From NCBI GenBank assembly GCA_946965045.2, contig OX337228.1, positions 6,510,001 through 6,574,000 on the forward strand: DNA of 64,000 nt, written 5' to 3'. Origin of the DNA: Epithemia pelagica (lineage: Eukaryota; Protista; Bacillariophyta). Positions 59,151 through 64,000 of the stretch are shown here, piece by piece. The position numbers were made by a program, and so were the translations under genes. Under the pieces are notes generated by a model. The model ran no database searches, was not told where the DNA came from, and saw only the letters and a program-made list of their open reading frames with translations. How positions within the stretch are numbered: position 1 is the stretch's first letter; every line of letters begins with the position of its first letter.

Positions 59151-60294
59151 ATGGCGCGTTCAGGGACACTACACCTTCTTCTAATTCTATTGCTTGTGGT
59201 GATTCTACCACTGCACACAATCCTTGGGTTCACCCACCATGCATCGACTGGGGCTCCATTGGCAAGACGATATCCATACGCAATCAGACATGCTTTGGAC
59301 AAGCGACAACATCCCCTGCAGCATCGGACCAATGGGGTAGCAACGAGAACGGCCTTGTCAGCGTCACTGCCTTCGAAACTTGTATCTTCGGGAGTCTCTC
59401 TTTTCAAACGATTAGATACCTTGGATTCATCGGGGTTCACTTCGGCCTTGACGAGTGGATTCGCCGCTCGCATCAAATCGCTTCACAATCCAAAGTTTTA
59501 TTTGGGTATGGCCGGGTTGGCGGCATTTCGATGGGGTTCGTTGATCAGAAATTACTACTTTTGGATTTTGCTGGCCTTTCTGTACAAATGGTACCGTGCG
59601 CGCTACGTTTACAAAGTGCCAGTGTGGGATCGACAACCGAATTGGAACAATGTGATTACCAGCAAAGAACAAGAAAAAGATTTGAAAGCATACACTTGCA
59701 AAAACTGCGGATCCACAATCTTTATTGCCAAGTCCCGTGAGTTCTTCTTTGAAGGTGGGACGGGTATTGGAGGCCTCGGATGCTTTTCGTGTGGTGCCAA
59801 GGGTGCCGACAATTTTATCATGGATCGAGATCGAATCGTTGCCGATGTGGCCGAGTAAGTGTGTCATGCTGCAAGTTCCGACATGTGTGTGTATCACTTA
59901 TGGCAAACTCTGAACGATTGTTGACATGCGCTTGGTTTTCCATCTTTTTTTCGTTTGTTGTCGTAGTGTCGACGATTACTTTGAGTACGAGCGTCCGCTT
60001 GATTTTGTGTCGAGTGCGGAACGAAAGCGTGTCTTGAAGGAGGCCGGTGGAGACGAAGAGAAAGCCAATGAAATTATTATGGAACGTGCCAACCAGGAAG
60101 AAGCAAAAAAGTCCAACAACAACAGTGACACTCCAACGGCAACTGCTGCCACACCTTTGGAACCAGAGGCAGAAGACGACGACCAATCAACGCCCGAAGT
60201 TCCACCCGCGTCCGAGGATGATGAAACCGCCAGCGATTCACCAACCAAAGCGACCGAAGACGGTCTTGATGCTCTGGGGATGGATGATCTTTAA
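59151..60294 (+). CDS. Putative plastid membrane protein with rubredoxin-like/Zn-ribbon CxxC...CxxC motif
   Basis: Signal peptide ...HTILG|FTHH plus transit-like segment, hydrophobic segment(s), YTCKNCGSTIF...GLGCFSCGAKG..NF, intron 59855-59966, acidic tail. Confidence 0.72.
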
Positions 60295-60942
60295 GCAACT
60301 ACCTAGGAGATTTTTAACCTCACAATCGTTTGTGTCTGTCATCTTAATAGAGTTTGTGGTTCTAGTTCCATTCAGAATTCGATTCTTTCGCCAGTTTCAT
60401 TAACAAGGTGTGCTTCTGGGATTGCAGTCACTTTAGTCCAAGGCATAGTCGATTGATCGGGCACAGTATTGCTTTGTAGCGACACAAAAACTACTTGGAC
60501 TACCTGCTAACGTTCTTAGCGAACAGGAGTATGCGTTTGCCGGCGCCGATGGTTCCAAACACGAGAAGATGCCATTTTGTCTAGAACACGCCCTGTGACA
60601 ATCAACCATTGGAACTGTATCAGATCCAATGCAGCCATCAGAACGAAAAAAGACAAAAAGTATCGCAATCTGTGATCCAATCACCGAACGGAGAAGAGCT
60701 GTTCAGTTGCCTGCCTAACCTTTAGTCCCCAGTATTATATGTCGCTTGCGCATTGCTTCCGCGATCCGAAGTGACCATCGGCGTATTCATGCACAGACGA
60801 TACCGAAATTTGGGAAAAATTATGCGTATATAATCAATATACATCAGTCTTATAAACAGTTGAATCACGAGTAAGTCATCACATCTAGATCTCATCTCGT
60901 CCATCGATTCTTTTCTCCAAGAGCGAGAGTTTTGAGGTTCAA

Positions 60943-61988
60943 ATGGCGGAACTCGCCCAAGAGGATGCTTCCGGCTTGTCATCGGCGCAAGACGACAATG
61001 ACGACTCCATCTATGAGCTTGAATATGAACCCGAAGACGTTTGTTTGAACGAGGATACCGTCTTTCGAATATGGACCGTCGTACCGCCACCGCTCGAATA
61101 CATGTCGTCCTTGCATACGAAACAACACGAGATAAGTGGGCGGCAGGTATGGACGGGCTCCATGCTGTTGGCACACTATCTGTACCAATGCCGGGAATCT
61201 CCAGACTCGAACGATTCCATACTGGATGATACTCTATTCCAATCGAAAACGTACGTACGTAGTTGTATCATGTTCTCTTTCTTCTGTTTCACACACGTCT
61301 CACACCAACGAGTTTTTGTTTGTGCGCGCGCAGAATTTTAGAATTGGGGAGTGGGACCGGCATTTTAGGAATGGCACTGCACAAATTGGTTCCAGATGCT
61401 TCTGTGGTAGCCTTGACGGATGGTGATTCGCAAGCACTCGATCTGTTGCAACGAAATTTGGAGGAACCCACCAATCACATGGACCCACGTCGTGTCAAGG
61501 CCAAGCTACTCCAATGGGGTGTAGATCATCATCCTGGACTTGACACTACCAATCGAAGCATCAATCACAACGACGACGACGACGATGATGATGATGATGC
61601 AGAGACGAGTGACAACACTCTTAAATCCTTTCAACAGTGGGCTCGAGCGTCCTGGCCCCATGTCTTTGCAAGCGATCCCAGACATTTTGACTGGATTGTG
61701 GCTGGCGATGTCTTGTACAAGGCTCAGTTGCCCCAACTCTTTTTCGAAACGGTCCGTGCCTTGCTTCGTCCGGGAACGGGTACCTTGCTCTTGTGTCATG
61801 TGCCACGAGCGGCCGTGACACAAGCCGTCGTGCAAGAGGCTGCTCACTCGGCCGGCATGGACGTGGTGTCCAGTTACGAACCCAACCACCACACAAGAAT
61901 AATGGACGTGGCGGCCCATCATTGTCCAATCGAAGATGTCTCACGAGCTTGCATCTACCGTATGCAGAGAAACACAAGAGACGAATAA
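60943..61988 (+). CDS. SAM-dependent protein methyltransferase, METTL21/23 (Methyltransf_16) family
   Basis: SGRQVWTGSMLLAHYL, intron 61251-61333, ILELGSGTGILG, ALTDGD, LLQRN, LQWG, DWIVAGDVLY. Confidence 0.88.
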
Positions 61989-62529
61989 ACTCGTTGCGGT
62001 CTCTCGGGTATGGATCGACGACCGTGGTGCAAGAACCGTACGCTCGGCTCGTTTCCTGATGGAGGGCAGGAGGAAACACCAAGAGAGTTTGTATCATCGT
62101 GTGTGTGTGCGAGAGGACGATAGTTGTCCCAACGACCGGACTCGCTCTGGGTGGTGGTCTCGTTTTCGTTCGATTGGGGACTGGGTAGACTGCTGTGAAT
62201 GGAGAATATGGAGCAACCAGAGACTACGAAACGCCATTCGAATCATCAAGACTGGAGCACGCACGCACACAACAACACCATGGACAAGCAAGCAGGAACG
62301 CCGTTCCACCCAACCAACACCGGCAGTGCCTTTGCGCCATGTGAGGAGAAGAAGAAGCAGATGGAAACCATGTGAACTCTCGCGCACTTGTGGTTGTGTG
62401 TGTAGGAATCACGCGTCTGTCCTTATGGATAGAGGAACTATTGGAAGGATTGCATCGTTTCAGGATCCTGTTGCTGCTGTTGTTATAGAGGAATCCAACG
62501 AAAAACAAACGAGATTTTACTCTTCATAC

Positions 62530-63430
62530 TCGGGCAATGTTGAACTGTAGACCTGGGGCAATGCCATGCATGGAGCCATGGGACTGTCGGAACAACCCAT
62601 TGGCGCCTTGGATCATCCTCCTCATTGTCATCATCCGTCCGACAATTCTCCTAAAGGTGGTGGTCCTCCTTTGAGTACTATTACGTCCGCCGTTCGAGTA
62701 GTGCCCGTTCCCTCCTTTGTTGCCTCGCTCTCTCGATCGTCCAACCCCGATGCCAAGGCATTGTCCTTGTTGCAAAGTAATTTGGGAGAATGTCCCATTT
62801 CGATATCCTTGGGACGACGGTGTACCTTTGTCACCACCAACGTGGGACGAGCCTTTTCCTTTGGGTTCAGTGAAGAAGGCATGTTGGGGTTGGGAGAAGG
62901 CATTACCGAGTCGGCGCAACCCGTCGAACTCTCGTGTTTGCCCGGTGCCGAACGATTTGCCTCCGTCTCGGCCGGAGCCGGTCAAACCGTCGCACTGAGT
63001 AGCACAGGAAAAGAACATGGTTAACCCCCATCCTTCCCTCCTCCCTCCAAGGCCACCCTTCAACACCATAGATCATCATGTCCGTGGTGTAAAGTGTTCT
63101 ATTAGATTCAATCTTTGGTTTTCTACTTGGCGGAGCATTATTTGGAACGCCCGTTGTATCGAGAAAGGTTCTCTACTAGAGGTAGACCTACTAGCATAAC
63201 TTGGGGAAAACCATCCATCACATATACTATGTAGAGATATGAGATGTGCTGTCGTCCGGAGAGAAGACGCATTGCGGTCGCCCTACCTAGACTCGGGACT
63301 CGGACACCACACACCACCGCACCCATACGCCGAAGAAGAATGCCAACGATAAGGCCCAACGTTTGATTCAGAAAGATGCCAGAACGAAGATGGATGACAG
63401 TGGTGGACGTAGAATCCAGATGCTCGAGAT
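62530..63430 (+). pseudogene. Truncated, internally deleted duplicate of the RCC1 gene and its 3' flank
   Basis: 62530-63010 matches 17324-17817 and carries TAT>TAG at 62547-62549. It joins directly to 63011-63430, which matches about 18519-18880. Confidence 0.9.
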
Positions 63431-63609
63431 ACAGAAAAAGACATGAGTGTACCCCGGCTACCGAGTACCGAGTGCTTTTACGTGCTGTCTCGTGAAGGGT
63501 AAGCGCCTTGTCCCCATCCTGCATGTTGTGAGCGCATGGCGATAATATAAGTTTTGATCTTGTCAAGAATTACTCTTATTCAAATTGTACATGCGACATA
63601 GATGCCAAA

Positions 63610-63656
63610 ACCGATTACCGATTACCGATTACCGATTACCGATTACGGCTTACGGC
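63610..63656. repeat. Heptamer tandem repeat (ACCGATT)x5 plus two degenerate ACGGCTT units
   Basis: accgattaccgattaccgattaccgattaccgattacggcttacggc seen directly. Confidence 0.9.
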
Positions 63657-64000
63657 CTCTCCACCTCCGATCTTGACTTTACTCTCTATGGTCCAGAACG
63701 AAGACTCAGTTCCCGCGGTCCCTTCCTGTGTTTGGTGAGGTAGCGCTGACTCCCAACGCCTAACCGATTGGGATTTGGTCTTCGAATCCTGTTGAGTCAC
63801 AGTTCCAGTTCGTACCACCAACCACCAACCACCACCGAAATCCAAAAAAAAAAAGAGACCTGCACTGACTGTAGAAACCGAGACGACCTCAGCTCAACAC
63901 AAAAAACAAAAAGACCATCTCCAAAGTGAATCACCTGAACCGGAATCGAAGGAAGGAGACGAAAAAGGAATATGCGGTAAGTTCTTGTTCGAGAGATGGA

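Noticed and set aside
1-64000. rRNA, tRNA, telomeric repeats, intact retrotransposon or viral genes
   Set aside because: None recognised by eye; tRNAscan-SE/Infernal were not run, so small ncRNAs could be missed

Overview
Eukaryotic nuclear DNA with short GT-AG introns (about 65-220 nt), bipartite plastid-type presequences, a zeaxanthin epoxidase and abundant (CAA)n low complexity. It is most consistent with a diatom genome, probably pennate; this is inference from gene content. About 22 intact genes can be supported: a secreted PSxx-repeat protein, a Cys-rich type I membrane protein, class I HDAC, DUF1415, a KH+WW RNA-binding protein, NAA35/MAK10, an RCC1-repeat protein, two CRAL-TRIO paralogues, trimethylguanosine synthase, organellar RF1, a TPR protein, ZEP, an FKBP-TPR-cyclophilin fusion, a UvrD/PcrA helicase, a KRE6-like GH16, glutaminyl cyclase, an HMG-box protein, ATG101, BDP1-like, an orphan ORF, a Zn-ribbon membrane protein and a METTL21-type methyltransferase. 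Two accessory blocks (about 18.4-23 kb and 35.1-40.2 kb) and the last 1.5 kb hold decayed genes, local duplications and a 1.4-kb TA-flanked long-inverted-repeat element. The most unusual signals are that foldback element, a duplicated promoter plus start-codon cassette shared by BDP1 and an adjacent orphan gene, a deleted RCC1 fragment copied about 45 kb away, a recurring upstream TACTCCT/AGGAGTA motif, and a head-to-head pair of possible cell-wall genes. No rRNA, tRNA or CRISPR features were seen. Family calls come from motif recognition by eye; no database searches were run.
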